A stretch of 64,000 nucleotides of DNA from an uncultured Aliarcobacter sp. (GTDB lineage Bacteria > Campylobacterota > Campylobacteria > Campylobacterales > Arcobacteraceae), in contig CAXXLV010000001.1 in assembly GCA_963664305.2 (NCBI GenBank), forward strand, positions 736,001 to 800,000, given 5' to 3'. How positions within the stretch are numbered: the stretch's first letter is position 1; the number at the start of each line of letters is the position of its first letter. The notes beneath the pieces were generated by a model that saw nothing but the letters and a program-made list of their open reading frames with translations, had not been told where the DNA came from and did no database searches. This document shows, one piece after another, positions 28,386 to 37,627 of the stretch. The translations under genes and the position numbers were made by a program.

Positions 28386-29357
28386 ATGAGTAAAGATTTA
28401 GAATACTATCTTAGTTTAGATTATCCATTTGAGTGTTACAGCGGCGAACATGAGCTTGGTGATGCTTATTTGGTTGAGTATTTAGATTTTGACATAAAAG
28501 CTGCAAGTGAAGATTATGAAGAAGCAGTAGAACTTGCAAGAGCATATTTAAAAGAGCATATTAAAAAGCAATTAGAGTTAGGAAAAGAGATACCAAATCC
28601 ACATGAAGGAATTAGATTTATGGAACATAGAACAGCATTAGAAGCATACAAAAACAAAGATTTCAAAAAAGCTTTTGAGATTTGGAGTGAAGAAGTAAAT
28701 TATAAAAATGACCAAGCTATGGCAAACCTAGGTTTAATGTACTTAAAAGGTGAAGGTGTTGAAAAAGATTTTTCCAAAGCAAAAGAGTGGTTTGAAAAAT
28801 CAAGCGAGTATGATAATGATTCAGCAAATTTCAATTTAGCTTTGATGTATCAAACAAAAATTGGTGTTGATGAAGATGTAAATAAAGCAATAGAATATTT
28901 TAGAAAAGCTGTAAGAAAAGAGCATGTTCAAGCAGCATTTAGATTAGCTTTGATTTTATTAAAAGATAGACAAAATCTTGATAGTTTAAAAGAAGGTTTT
29001 GACTGCATGATAAAAGCTGCAAAAAATGGTCATGTTATGGCAAAAGTACAGCTTACTGGTTCAGATAAAAGTATAGAAGAAGAAAATGAATTAAATCAAT
29101 TTTTTAGAGCACAAGATTTAAAAAGCCAATTAGAAACTGTAAATGATGCTCTTGAAAGATATATAAGACCAATTTTGAAAAAAGATGGTGGAGATATTGT
29201 TTTGATTGATTACAAAAATGAACCAGAAATAGAGTTAAGACTTGCATATCAAGGGAACTGTGTTGGTTGTTCAATAGCTTCAACTGGAACATACGAGATG
29301 ATTAAAAATACTATTGAACAAATAATAGATAAAAGGGTTAGGATTTTTATATTATGA
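28386..29357 (+). CDS. Fusion: HicB-like N-domain + Sel1 repeats + NifU-C (Nfu) domain
   Basis: KDLEYYLSLDYP..EIPNP; NLGLMYLKGEGVEKD..A..WF; IRPILKKDGGDI..YQGNCVGC. Confidence 0.85.
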   Translation: MSKDLEYYLSLDYPFECYSGEHELGDAYLVEYLDFDIKAASEDYEEAVELARAYLKEHIKKQLELGKEIPNPHEGIRFMEHRTALEAYKNKDFKKAFEIWSEEVNYKNDQAMANLGLMYLKGEGVEKDFSKAKEWFEKSSEYDNDSANFNLALMYQTKIGVDEDVNKAIEYFRKAVRKEHVQAAFRLALILLKDRQNLDSLKEGFDCMIKAAKNGHVMAKVQLTGSDKSIEEENELNQFFRAQDLKSQLETVNDALERYIRPILKKDGGDIVLIDYKNEPEIELRLAYQGNCVGCSIASTGTYEMIKNTIEQIIDKRVRIFIL

Positions 29358-29713
29358 AAATTGCATTTGCTTCAAAAGACAATGTTTATGTTAATCAACA
29401 TTTTGGTTGGTGTAAAGAATTTTATATCTATGAAATAATAGGAAATGAATACACTTTTTTAAGAGCTGTTGATTCATCTCTTGAAATTGATGATGAGATA
29501 GAAAAACTTTCATACAAAATCGAGTGTCTTGAAGATAGTGATATTTTATATGTGCAACAAATTGGACCAAAGGCTTCAATGATGGTTAAATCATGTAAAA
29601 TTTTTCCAATGCAATCAAGTAGAGAAAATGAAAAAATTGTTGATATTTTAGAACAATTAATAAAAATGCAAGAAAATCCACCTATTTGGATGAGAAGGTT
29701 ACTACAACAATGA
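29354..29713 (+). CDS. NifX/NifY-family protein
   Basis: MKIAFASKD..VNQHFGWC, IGPKA, NPPIW. Confidence 0.85.
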   Translation: MKIAFASKDNVYVNQHFGWCKEFYIYEIIGNEYTFLRAVDSSLEIDDEIEKLSYKIECLEDSDILYVQQIGPKASMMVKSCKIFPMQSSRENEKIVDILEQLIKMQENPPIWMRRLLQQ

Positions 29714-30948
29714 ATCATACAAAACCACTGGAAATTGTAGAAAATATCTACTTTATTGGTGCATTTGACCCAGATATTAGAACATTTGATATTATTATGA
29801 AAACTGCAAATGGTTCTTCATATAATGCATATTTAATAAAAACTTCTGAAGGGGTAATAATAGTTGATACTGTAAAATTAGAGTTTCAACGAGATTTTTT
29901 CTCAAAAATAGAACAACTTTGTTCTTATGATGAAATAAAATATGTGTTATGTCACCACTTAGAACCAGACCATGCAGGTGCAATTCCAGAACTTATAAAA
30001 AGAGCTCCACAAGCAAAAGTTTTGATTTCACCTCAAGCAACACCTATGTTAAAAGCAATAACAAACAATGAAAATATTGATTTTGAAACGGTTTGGACAA
30101 ATAAAGAGTTGAAATTAGGAGAAAAAACAATTAAGTTTTTAACAACTCCATATTTACATTGGCCAGAAACAATGAGTTCATATGTAGTTGAAGATAGTTT
30201 ACTTTTTAGTGGTGATGTTTTTGGTAGCCACTATTATGATAGTAGATTATTTGATGATTTAGTTGGAGATTTTTCTTACGCTTTTAAATACTATTATGAC
30301 CACATAATGAGACCTTTTAAAACTTATGTTTTAAATGCTTTAAAGCTATATGATAAATTAGATATTAATATAATTGCAACTTTACATGGTCCAATAATTA
30401 GAGAAAAGCCGTATAAATATATTGAACTTTATAGAAAATGGAGTTTAGATAGACCAGATAATATCAGTTCAAACAATAAAATCATCTCTATTTTTTATCT
30501 AACAAGTTATAAAAATACTAGAGATATGGCTGAAGCTATATTTGAAGGTGCAGAAAGTATCAAAACTATACGAGCTAGTTTATATGATTTGGCTTCTATT
30601 GAAGAACAAAATATGATAAATATTCTTGAAGAGAGTGATGGAATACTTATTGGAACACCAACAATAAATGCAGATGCACCAAAACCTGTTTGGGATTTAC
30701 TATCTTGTATGATGTATTTAGAAAAAAGAGGAAAAACTGGTCAAGCATTTGGAAGTTATGGTTGGAGTGGAGAAGCTGTAAATATGATACTTGATAGAAT
30801 GAAATCGTTACATTTTAGAGTTCCTCCAATAGAACCTATGAAAATAAGACTTATTCCTAATGAAGATGAATTAGAAAAATGCTATAATTTCGGAAAGGAG
30901 TTTGCCGAGATTGTAAATGGCAAAATGATTGAAATAGATATGAATTAA
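29710..30948 (+). CDS. fprA: Flavodiiron protein (A-type flavoprotein)
   Basis: HLEPDH, LHWPE, SGDVFG, HG, flavodoxin domain FGSYGWSGEA; ATGA overlap start. Confidence 0.93.
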   Translation: MNHTKPLEIVENIYFIGAFDPDIRTFDIIMKTANGSSYNAYLIKTSEGVIIVDTVKLEFQRDFFSKIEQLCSYDEIKYVLCHHLEPDHAGAIPELIKRAPQAKVLISPQATPMLKAITNNENIDFETVWTNKELKLGEKTIKFLTTPYLHWPETMSSYVVEDSLLFSGDVFGSHYYDSRLFDDLVGDFSYAFKYYYDHIMRPFKTYVLNALKLYDKLDINIIATLHGPIIREKPYKYIELYRKWSLDRPDNISSNNKIISIFYLTSYKNTRDMAEAIFEGAESIKTIRASLYDLASIEEQNMINILEESDGILIGTPTINADAPKPVWDLLSCMMYLEKRGKTGQAFGSYGWSGEAVNMILDRMKSLHFRVPPIEPMKIRLIPNEDELEKCYNFGKEFAEIVNGKMIEIDMN

Positions 30949-31018
30949 AAAATTAATTACCGATGAGTATAAAACTTTACAGGGGTTTAACTAAAACAAT
31001 ACTCATCGCTTATTAATT

Positions 31019-31846
31019 TTACAATTCCATATCTTTTAAATACTCACTTATTTTTGGAATAGAATCTTTTCTACAAACTAAACAAGTTGGAATATTTGCC
31101 TCTTTTTTTGGTAAAACAGTGATTTTAATATCTTTATCATAACCCATTTTTTTTACAATACTAGTAGGAAGCAGACTTTTTCCCATACCTACTTTTATAC
31201 ATGATAAAATAGTTTCAAGATTTCCTAAATACAAAGATTTCTCAACATAAATATCTTTTTCTTTATAATAGTTTTTTAGAAATTTATCATAAACGCAACC
31301 TGTTTTAAAAGTTAATGTCACATTTGGAACATTTTCTTCATTTGGTTCTAAAATAGCTATCTCTTCTTCATATTTTTTTAAAACCATTAAAGAGTCATTT
31401 TTTGGTTCACCACTAATAAATGCAATATCGATTTTATAATCCAAAATTAGTTGCATAATATCTTTTGTTGTTCCAGTGAATAACTCTAGTTGCATTTTTG
31501 GAAAATCTTTATGAAGTTGTATTAAAAAAGGAGAAATTCTAACTACTGCATTACACTCTGTTGAGCCAACTTTTAGGTGAGTCATTTGATCTTCTTGATT
31601 TAAACTTGATATGGCATTTTCCATTTTATGAAGTATTTCTAAAGCTTGTGGATAAAATCTTTCACCTGAAGGTGTTAAAATTACTCCTTTTGGAACTCTA
31701 TAAAATAGTTCAAGTCCTAAAATCTTTTCGAGTTGTTTTATTCTTGAAGTTACATTTGATTGAGCACATTTTAGTTCATTTGAAGCAAGTGAAATACTTT
31801 TTTTGTTTGCAACACTTACAAAAACTTTTAATAAATTCATATCCAT
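31019..31846 (-). CDS. LysR-family regulator
   Basis: SISLASNEL..QSNVTSRIKQLE HTH. Confidence 0.93.
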   Translation of the reverse strand: MDMNLLKVFVSVANKKSISLASNELKCAQSNVTSRIKQLEKILGLELFYRVPKGVILTPSGERFYPQALEILHKMENAISSLNQEDQMTHLKVGSTECNAVVRISPFLIQLHKDFPKMQLELFTGTTKDIMQLILDYKIDIAFISGEPKNDSLMVLKKYEEEIAILEPNEENVPNVTLTFKTGCVYDKFLKNYYKEKDIYVEKSLYLGNLETILSCIKVGMGKSLLPTSIVKKMGYDKDIKITVLPKKEANIPTCLVCRKDSIPKISEYLKDMEL

Positions 31847-31943
31847 ATCATTTCTCCTTATATCACCTATCATTATTGATTATTTGACACTTGATAACCT
31901 TTAGTGATATGATAACGTAATTTGATGAACGAAAGGTTTATAA

Positions 31944-33122
31944 ATGAATAGATTGTTAGATAGAAATGATAATTTATCAATTATTATTGCAGGAATATTC
32001 GCAATTATTACAGGAGTTGGAGTTGCAAGATTTGCATTTACTTCTTTGATTCCTTCTATGTTAGAAAATTATTTAGATATTACATTTGCTGGAATTTTAG
32101 CTTCACTAAATTTTGCAGGATATTTAACTGGTTCAATATTATCAGTATTTATAAAAGATATAAATCAAAAAGTGATTTTATTTAGATTTGGACTTGTACT
32201 TGCAGTTTTAACAACTTTTGTTTTAGCTTTTAGTTCAAATGAAACTTATTGGATAATAGCAAGAATAATTGCAGGATTTGCTGGAGCTATGGGATTAGTT
32301 GTTGGGTCTGCAATTGTAATGACAAAATTGCAAATAGAGAGTAAAACAAAAGCTATGGGAATACACTTTAGTGGTATTGGTTTTTCTATTTTGACTACAG
32401 ATTTGTTAAACAGATATATTTTAAGTAGTGGTGGAACTTGGCAAGATGCATGGATGTATTTAGCAATTTTTGGTGCAATTTTGTCAGTTTATTCAATATA
32501 TATTTTATCTTTTGACAAAATGGTAAAACAAAATGTAGTTAAACACAAATTTGATACTTCTATATTTACAGTTTTTGTGATACTTCTTATTATGGCTTAT
32601 TTTACAGAAGGTGTTGGATTTGTTGTTCAAGGTACTTTTTTACCAGATATTATAAATAATCTTCCAGGACTTGCTGGTTATGGAAATTTAACTTGGACTT
32701 TAGTTGGACTTGCTGGAATTCCATCTTGTATTATTTGGATGAGATTAGCTCACAAATATGGAAGCGTAAATATAATCATCATTGCATTATTGATTCAAAT
32801 GGTAGGTATTTTAATCCCAACATTTACAACAAATATTTATATGAATTTTTTAAGTGGTATCTTTTATGGTGGAACTTTTGTTGGTTTAGTTGCCCTTTTT
32901 ATGAATCTTGGAGGTCAGCTTGCAAAACACAATCCAGTTGTTTTAATGGGAGCTTTAACAACTTCTTATGGAATAGGACAAGTTATTGCACCACTTTATA
33001 GTGTATATTTGATTGAAAAATTTGGCAATTATGATTATGCTTTATATCTGACAGCATTAATTGTATTTGGAGGAGTACTTTTACTTTTAATTGCAAAAAA
33101 ATTTGAAATAGAAAAAATCTAA
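31944..33122 (+). CDS. YbfB/YjiJ-family MFS transporter
   Basis: GVARFAFT..P.M, LASLNFAGYL; about 12 TM. Confidence 0.88.
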   Translation: MNRLLDRNDNLSIIIAGIFAIITGVGVARFAFTSLIPSMLENYLDITFAGILASLNFAGYLTGSILSVFIKDINQKVILFRFGLVLAVLTTFVLAFSSNETYWIIARIIAGFAGAMGLVVGSAIVMTKLQIESKTKAMGIHFSGIGFSILTTDLLNRYILSSGGTWQDAWMYLAIFGAILSVYSIYILSFDKMVKQNVVKHKFDTSIFTVFVILLIMAYFTEGVGFVVQGTFLPDIINNLPGLAGYGNLTWTLVGLAGIPSCIIWMRLAHKYGSVNIIIIALLIQMVGILIPTFTTNIYMNFLSGIFYGGTFVGLVALFMNLGGQLAKHNPVVLMGALTTSYGIGQVIAPLYSVYLIEKFGNYDYALYLTALIVFGGVLLLLIAKKFEIEKI

Positions 33123-33138
33123 ATTAATAGTTTCTAGT

Positions 33139-33324
33139 TTAAGCTAAATCACTTAAATTAGAAACTTTATAAATCACATCTTTTAACTCATTTAATTTTT
33201 TTATCACAGCATCATTACAAGGTTTATCTAGCTTATATCTAATATCTATAAAATCATAAATATTGTCTATATTTCCATATATCTCTTTTAATAACTCTTT
33301 TTTTATCTCTTCTTGAACTCTCAT
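33139..33324 (-). CDS. Unknown 61-aa helical protein with its own sigma54 promoter
   Basis: ATG 33324 with SD AAGGAAG; promoter at 33356-33371. Confidence 0.7.
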   Translation of the reverse strand: MRVQEEIKKELLKEIYGNIDNIYDFIDIRYKLDKPCNDAVIKKLNELKDVIYKVSNLSDLA

Positions 33325-33355
33325 AATATCTTCCTTATTTAATATGGAATTTATA

Positions 33356-33371
33356 TGCATTTTTTATTCCT
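33356..33371 (-). promoter_or_regulatory. sigma54 promoter (AGGAATAAAAAATGCA)
   Basis: GG-N10-GC, back-to-back with the nifB promoter. Confidence 0.65.
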
Positions 33372-33381
33372 ATTTTTTGTA

Positions 33382-33397
33382 TGGAACATTAAATGCA
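33382..33397 (+). promoter_or_regulatory. sigma54 promoter of nifB (TGGAACATTAAATGCA)
   Basis: GG-N10-GC. Confidence 0.85.
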
Positions 33398-33428
33398 TTG
33401 TGTTGATAAATCAAATAAGGAGTTATCT

Positions 33429-34877
33429 ATGAGTTGTTCGTGTACTTCAAGTAGTTCTCAAGAATCAATCCAAGAAGATATAATGGCAAAAATTAATAAT
33501 CATCCATGTTATAGTGAAGGTGCTCACCAACACTATGCAAGGATACATGTTGCTGTTGCACCGGCTTGTAATATTCAATGTAACTACTGTAATAGAAAAT
33601 ATGATTGTTCAAATGAGAGTAGACCTGGTGTTACTAGTACTAAATTATCACCTGAAGAAGCAGTTAAGAAGATTTTATATGTTGGTGGTGAAATTCAACA
33701 GCTTTCAGTTGTAGGAATTGCAGGACCTGGTGATGCATTAGCAAATCCTGAAAAAACTTTTAAAACATTTAAAATGCTATATGAAAAAGCACCAGATTTA
33801 AAAATGTGTTTATCTACAAATGGGCTTATGTTACCAGATTATATTGACCAAATCCAAAAATATAATGTTGACCATGTAACAGTTACTATCAATTCTGTTG
33901 ATGAAACTGGTGAAGTTGGTTCAAAAATCTATCCATGGATTTTATGGAATCACAAAAAAGTATTTGGAAAAGAAGCAGCAAAAATCCTTTTACAAAGACA
34001 ACTTGAGGGAATCAAGATGTTAACTGAAAGAGGAATTTTAGTAAAAGCAAACTCTGTTTTAATTCCAGGTGTTAATGACCAAGAATTACCAAATGTTGCT
34101 AAAAAATTAAAAGAGTTAGGTGTTTTCTTACATAACATCATGCCTTTATTATCTAAACCAGAATTTGGTACATATTATGGACTAAATGGGCAAGCAAGCG
34201 CAACTGACCAAGAAGTTATGGCTGCTCAAGAAGCTTGTGGAATGGATATGAAATTAATGTCACACTGTAGACAATGTAGAGCTGATGCTGTTGGATTAAT
34301 CGGTGAAGATAGAGGTGAAGAGTTCACAAAAGATTCATTTGTAAAAATGGATTGGGAAGAATTAACTAAAAAATATGATATCAATGCACGAGCTGCAAAA
34401 CACCAAGTTATTGAAAACTGGAGAGCTGCACTAGAAAAAGCAAATGAAAAAATCAAAATTGAACAAGCTTCTAAAGAGCAATTAAGTTCTACAGGTGAGA
34501 CTAAACTAATTGCAGTTACAACAGCTGGTGAAGGTATGATTAACTTACACTTTGGTAATGCTAAAGAGTTCTTAATCTATGAAGCTGGAGACAAAGCTAT
34601 CAAATTTGTAATGCATAGAAAAGTTGAAAATCCATATTGTAAAGGACCTGAAGATTGTGATGGTTCTTATCCAATTGAAGAGATTAAAAACACACTAAAA
34701 GATGTTGATATTTTATTAACAGAAAAAATTGGTGGTTGTCCAATGGATGAATTAAAATCAATTAACTTGATTTGTGATGATTCTTATGCACTTCAACCAA
34801 TTGAAAAATCAGTATTTGCAGCAGTTCAAAAATATTTCTATTCAGATACTGCAAAATCTGAAAAAGAGTTAGGGTAA
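33429..34877 (+). CDS. nifB: Radical SAM NifB with C-terminal NifX-like domain
   Basis: HPC, CNIQCNYC, NESRPG, AGPGD, CRQCRADA, NLHFG; start moved to ATG 33429 (SD AAGGAG). Confidence 0.98.
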   Translation: MSCSCTSSSSQESIQEDIMAKINNHPCYSEGAHQHYARIHVAVAPACNIQCNYCNRKYDCSNESRPGVTSTKLSPEEAVKKILYVGGEIQQLSVVGIAGPGDALANPEKTFKTFKMLYEKAPDLKMCLSTNGLMLPDYIDQIQKYNVDHVTVTINSVDETGEVGSKIYPWILWNHKKVFGKEAAKILLQRQLEGIKMLTERGILVKANSVLIPGVNDQELPNVAKKLKELGVFLHNIMPLLSKPEFGTYYGLNGQASATDQEVMAAQEACGMDMKLMSHCRQCRADAVGLIGEDRGEEFTKDSFVKMDWEELTKKYDINARAAKHQVIENWRAALEKANEKIKIEQASKEQLSSTGETKLIAVTTAGEGMINLHFGNAKEFLIYEAGDKAIKFVMHRKVENPYCKGPEDCDGSYPIEEIKNTLKDVDILLTEKIGGCPMDELKSINLICDDSYALQPIEKSVFAAVQKYFYSDTAKSEKELG

Positions 34878-34890
34878 AACCTAACTTTTT
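34867..34890 (+). terminator. nifB terminator
   Basis: AGTTAGG-GTAAAA-CCTAACT-TTTT. Confidence 0.6.
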
Positions 34891-35181
34891 ATGTCAATGA
34901 AGAACAAACCTACAGTCATACTTTTAAAAGGAAATGGTCCCGTTTCTATTAATAACGAATTAATGGAATTAATCACAATAACTACCTCTCATGGATTTAT
35001 TGGATTTCCTCTAAAACAACTTCGTGCACAAAAAGTTGTTGTTTTAAATGATTATGACAAATTCTTAACAATCGAAAAAGAAATCACAACAAAACCTTGC
35101 TGTTTCATATTTTCTTACGACGAATTACAATCAAAAGATTTTGACCTTATTAAATCAGAAGAGTTAGAAATTTTAAAATAA
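34891..35181 (+). CDS. Hypothetical protein between nifB and nifV
   Basis: Fills the gap; no clear SD; no family recognised. Confidence 0.55.
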   Translation: MSMKNKPTVILLKGNGPVSINNELMELITITTSHGFIGFPLKQLRAQKVVVLNDYDKFLTIEKEITTKPCCFIFSYDELQSKDFDLIKSEELEILK

Positions 35182-35200
35182 TTTTTAACTCTTTTAGTTT

Positions 35201-35216
35201 TGGAATAGATTTTGCA
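35201..35216 (+). promoter_or_regulatory. sigma54 promoter of the nifV operon (TGGAATAGATTTTGCA)
   Basis: GG-N10-GC. Confidence 0.88.
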
Positions 35217-35248
35217 CGTATATTAGTATCGAAATTAAAGGTTAGTAT

Positions 35249-36364
35249 ATGTCAATAATTAATGATACAACTTTAAGAGATGGTGAACAAACGCCATACG
35301 TAGCATTTAACACAAAAGAAAAGTTACAAATAGCACAACTTCTATATGAAGCTGGAGCTGATGAACTAGAAGTTGGAATTCCTGCCATGGGTAAAAAAGA
35401 GCAAGATGATTTAAAAGAGATTCTTGCACTTAATTTACCTATTCAAATAATGAGTTGGAATAGAGCTACATTGAGCGATTTGGATGAATCATTGAAGTGT
35501 GGACTTAAAGCTGTGGATTTATCAATCCCTGTATCAGATATATTGATTGACGTGAAATTTAATGGCGATAAAAACAGGTTGTTAAAACAACTTGAAAAAG
35601 TAGTTGTTCAAGCTAAAAAAGAAAATCTATTTGTTTGTATTGGTGGAGAAGATTCAAGTAGAGCAAATCTAGATTTCCTAAAAGAGATTATGACTTTAGG
35701 AAAAGAGCTAGGGGCAAATCGATTTAGATATTGTGATACTGTTGGTATTTTAACACCAAACACGACATACGAAAACATAAAAAATTTAAGTTCTGCTAAT
35801 TTATTAGACATCGAAATGCATACACATAATGACTTTGGGATGGGGACTGCAAATGCCATAGCTGGTTATGAAGCAGGAGCTATCAGCGCGAACACCACTG
35901 TTATTGGCATAGGCGAAAGAGCTGGTAATGCGTCATTTGAACAAGTTTTAATGTCACTTGTTCGATTACTTGGAGTGAAAAAAGAGATTAATTCAAACGC
36001 TCTAAAATCTTTGATAAAAACAGTAAGTAGTGCATCAAATAGAAGAGTTGATGCTAATTTACCAATTATCGGGAAAAATATATTCTGTCATGAATCTGGA
36101 ATTCATGTAAATGGTATGATGAAATCAAAAGCTGCATATGAACCTTTTAATCCAGATGAAGTTGGATTAAAAAGAGAGTTTCCTATAGGAAAACACTCAG
36201 GAAGTTCTACTTTGGTTTATCATCTACAATCATTAGGCATTGAGCCTAATATGGAAATAGTACAAAAAATACTTCCAAAAGTTCGAGAAATTGTAACTAA
36301 CAGAAAAAAAGTATTAAGTACAAAAGAATTAAAAGAGTTATACCTATGTTCATTGGATATTTGA
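35249..36364 (+). CDS. nifV: Homocitrate synthase
   Basis: DTTLRDGEQ, EVGIPAMG, GGEDSSRA, HTHNDFG, HESGIH. Confidence 0.95.
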   Translation: MSIINDTTLRDGEQTPYVAFNTKEKLQIAQLLYEAGADELEVGIPAMGKKEQDDLKEILALNLPIQIMSWNRATLSDLDESLKCGLKAVDLSIPVSDILIDVKFNGDKNRLLKQLEKVVVQAKKENLFVCIGGEDSSRANLDFLKEIMTLGKELGANRFRYCDTVGILTPNTTYENIKNLSSANLLDIEMHTHNDFGMGTANAIAGYEAGAISANTTVIGIGERAGNASFEQVLMSLVRLLGVKKEINSNALKSLIKTVSSASNRRVDANLPIIGKNIFCHESGIHVNGMMKSKAAYEPFNPDEVGLKREFPIGKHSGSSTLVYHLQSLGIEPNMEIVQKILPKVREIVTNRKKVLSTKELKELYLCSLDI

Positions 36365-37152
36365 AAAGTGATTTTGAAGAGAATTTAGAAGAGTTATTTA
36401 CTCAAAATCCTCTTTTAGACATATCGTTGTTGAAACAAACATATACAGTTTTTCCTGAATACTGTTTTGCTGCTTATGAAAAAGCAGAAATTGTTGGGGT
36501 ATTAAGTGCTTATGTTTTTGAAAAGTATGTTTATGTAAATGTATTTGAAGTTCTAGAAAAGTATGAAGATGTATTTACTAGATTGATTTCACTTTTATTA
36601 AAAAATATACCAAATGAAAATGTTGTTCTCTTGGTTGAAAATAAAAAATGTATAAAATTAATTGAATTAGGTTTTAAAGAGTTTTGTAATTTCTCAAGAA
36701 TGACTCATTCTGGTGAGGCAGTTGCTTTTAATTTTTCAAATTCAACTGCAAAACAAGTAAGTGGTGAGTTTTATGACGAAGTTTCAAAAAGAATTGATAA
36801 AAAAGTTTTTCATCAAAATAGAGAAGATTACATAAAAAAAGATTGTGTTTTCTCAAATTCTTTAAAACTTTCTACAATGCATGGATTTTTACATTCTTAT
36901 GTTGTAAATAAAAGATTTATCAAAATTTCTCCATGGCTTATGGATAGTGAAGCTTTTATTGATGCAGAAAAACTTCTTCGAGGAGTTTTATATTATAGAG
37001 GATTAAAAAAGATTTATGCATATGCACCATCAAATGAAAAAGAGATTATTGAACTTTACCAAAGCTATAAGTTTAAAATCGATGGAGATTTTAAACTTAT
37101 GTATTTGACTGAATTGCCAGATATAAAACTTGAAAACCTATATGGATTATAA
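36346..37152 (+). CDS. Degenerate two-domain GNAT-like (YitH-like) protein
   Basis: PEYCFAAY..EIVGVLSAY..YV..FEV, LGFK, LY.SYKF; no RxxGxG loop. Confidence 0.55.
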   Translation: MFIGYLKSDFEENLEELFTQNPLLDISLLKQTYTVFPEYCFAAYEKAEIVGVLSAYVFEKYVYVNVFEVLEKYEDVFTRLISLLLKNIPNENVVLLVENKKCIKLIELGFKEFCNFSRMTHSGEAVAFNFSNSTAKQVSGEFYDEVSKRIDKKVFHQNREDYIKKDCVFSNSLKLSTMHGFLHSYVVNKRFIKISPWLMDSEAFIDAEKLLRGVLYYRGLKKIYAYAPSNEKEIIELYQSYKFKIDGDFKLMYLTELPDIKLENLYGL

Positions 37153-37161
37153 GGAGACAAA

Positions 37162-37371
37162 ATGGAACCAACTCACGAAGAGCAAAAAGAACTAAAGAAA
37201 GAGTTAGCAAAATACAAAAGAAAAGTGGTTGAGCTTGCTGGTGAAGTGCATGATATAGTTGAAGATAGAATCTGGACAGATTATGTGAATTTACCAAAAT
37301 TAAGTGAAGAGATAAACCTTGCTATGAAAGAGGTCCTTGATTTTCAAGAACTACACCCATATTTAAAATAA
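37162..37371 (+). CDS. CCE_0567/DUF683 Rop-like nif-associated protein
   Basis: ELKKELAK..GEVHDIVED helical hairpin resembling the family LHDLAE motif. Confidence 0.7.
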   Translation: MEPTHEEQKELKKELAKYKRKVVELAGEVHDIVEDRIWTDYVNLPKLSEEINLAMKEVLDFQELHPYLK

Positions 37372-37381
37372 GTAGTATACC

Positions 37382-37624
37382 ATGGAAAAATTAGAAGATA
37401 AAATCATTTGTGAGTGCGGTGAAAAGACTGTTGCTCAAGCTGTTGAAATCTTCAAACATACTGATTTGCCATATAAAAAAGCGAAAAAACTAGTAACTGG
37501 TTGTAATCAAACCTGTTGTAGAAGACCTTTAATGGCACTATTTAATATGATTGAATTTGGTGAAATCGACTATGAAGAGATTGCTTTTTTAATTGATGCA
37601 AAAAATGATAGGTTAAAGGATTAA
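37382..37624 (+). CDS. BFD-like [2Fe-2S] protein
   Basis: IICECG...TGCNQTCC. Confidence 0.65.
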   Translation: MEKLEDKIICECGEKTVAQAVEIFKHTDLPYKKAKKLVTGCNQTCCRRPLMALFNMIEFGEIDYEEIAFLIDAKNDRLKD

Positions 37625-37627
37625 GCT

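Noticed and set aside
28386..28600. HicAB toxin-antitoxin module
   Set aside because: No hicA ORF; the HicB-like domain lacks a DNA-binding domain and is fused in frame to Sel1-Nfu
33345..33359. Third sigma54 site TGGAATTTATATGCA
   Set aside because: GG-N9-GC spacing; sigma54 requires N10
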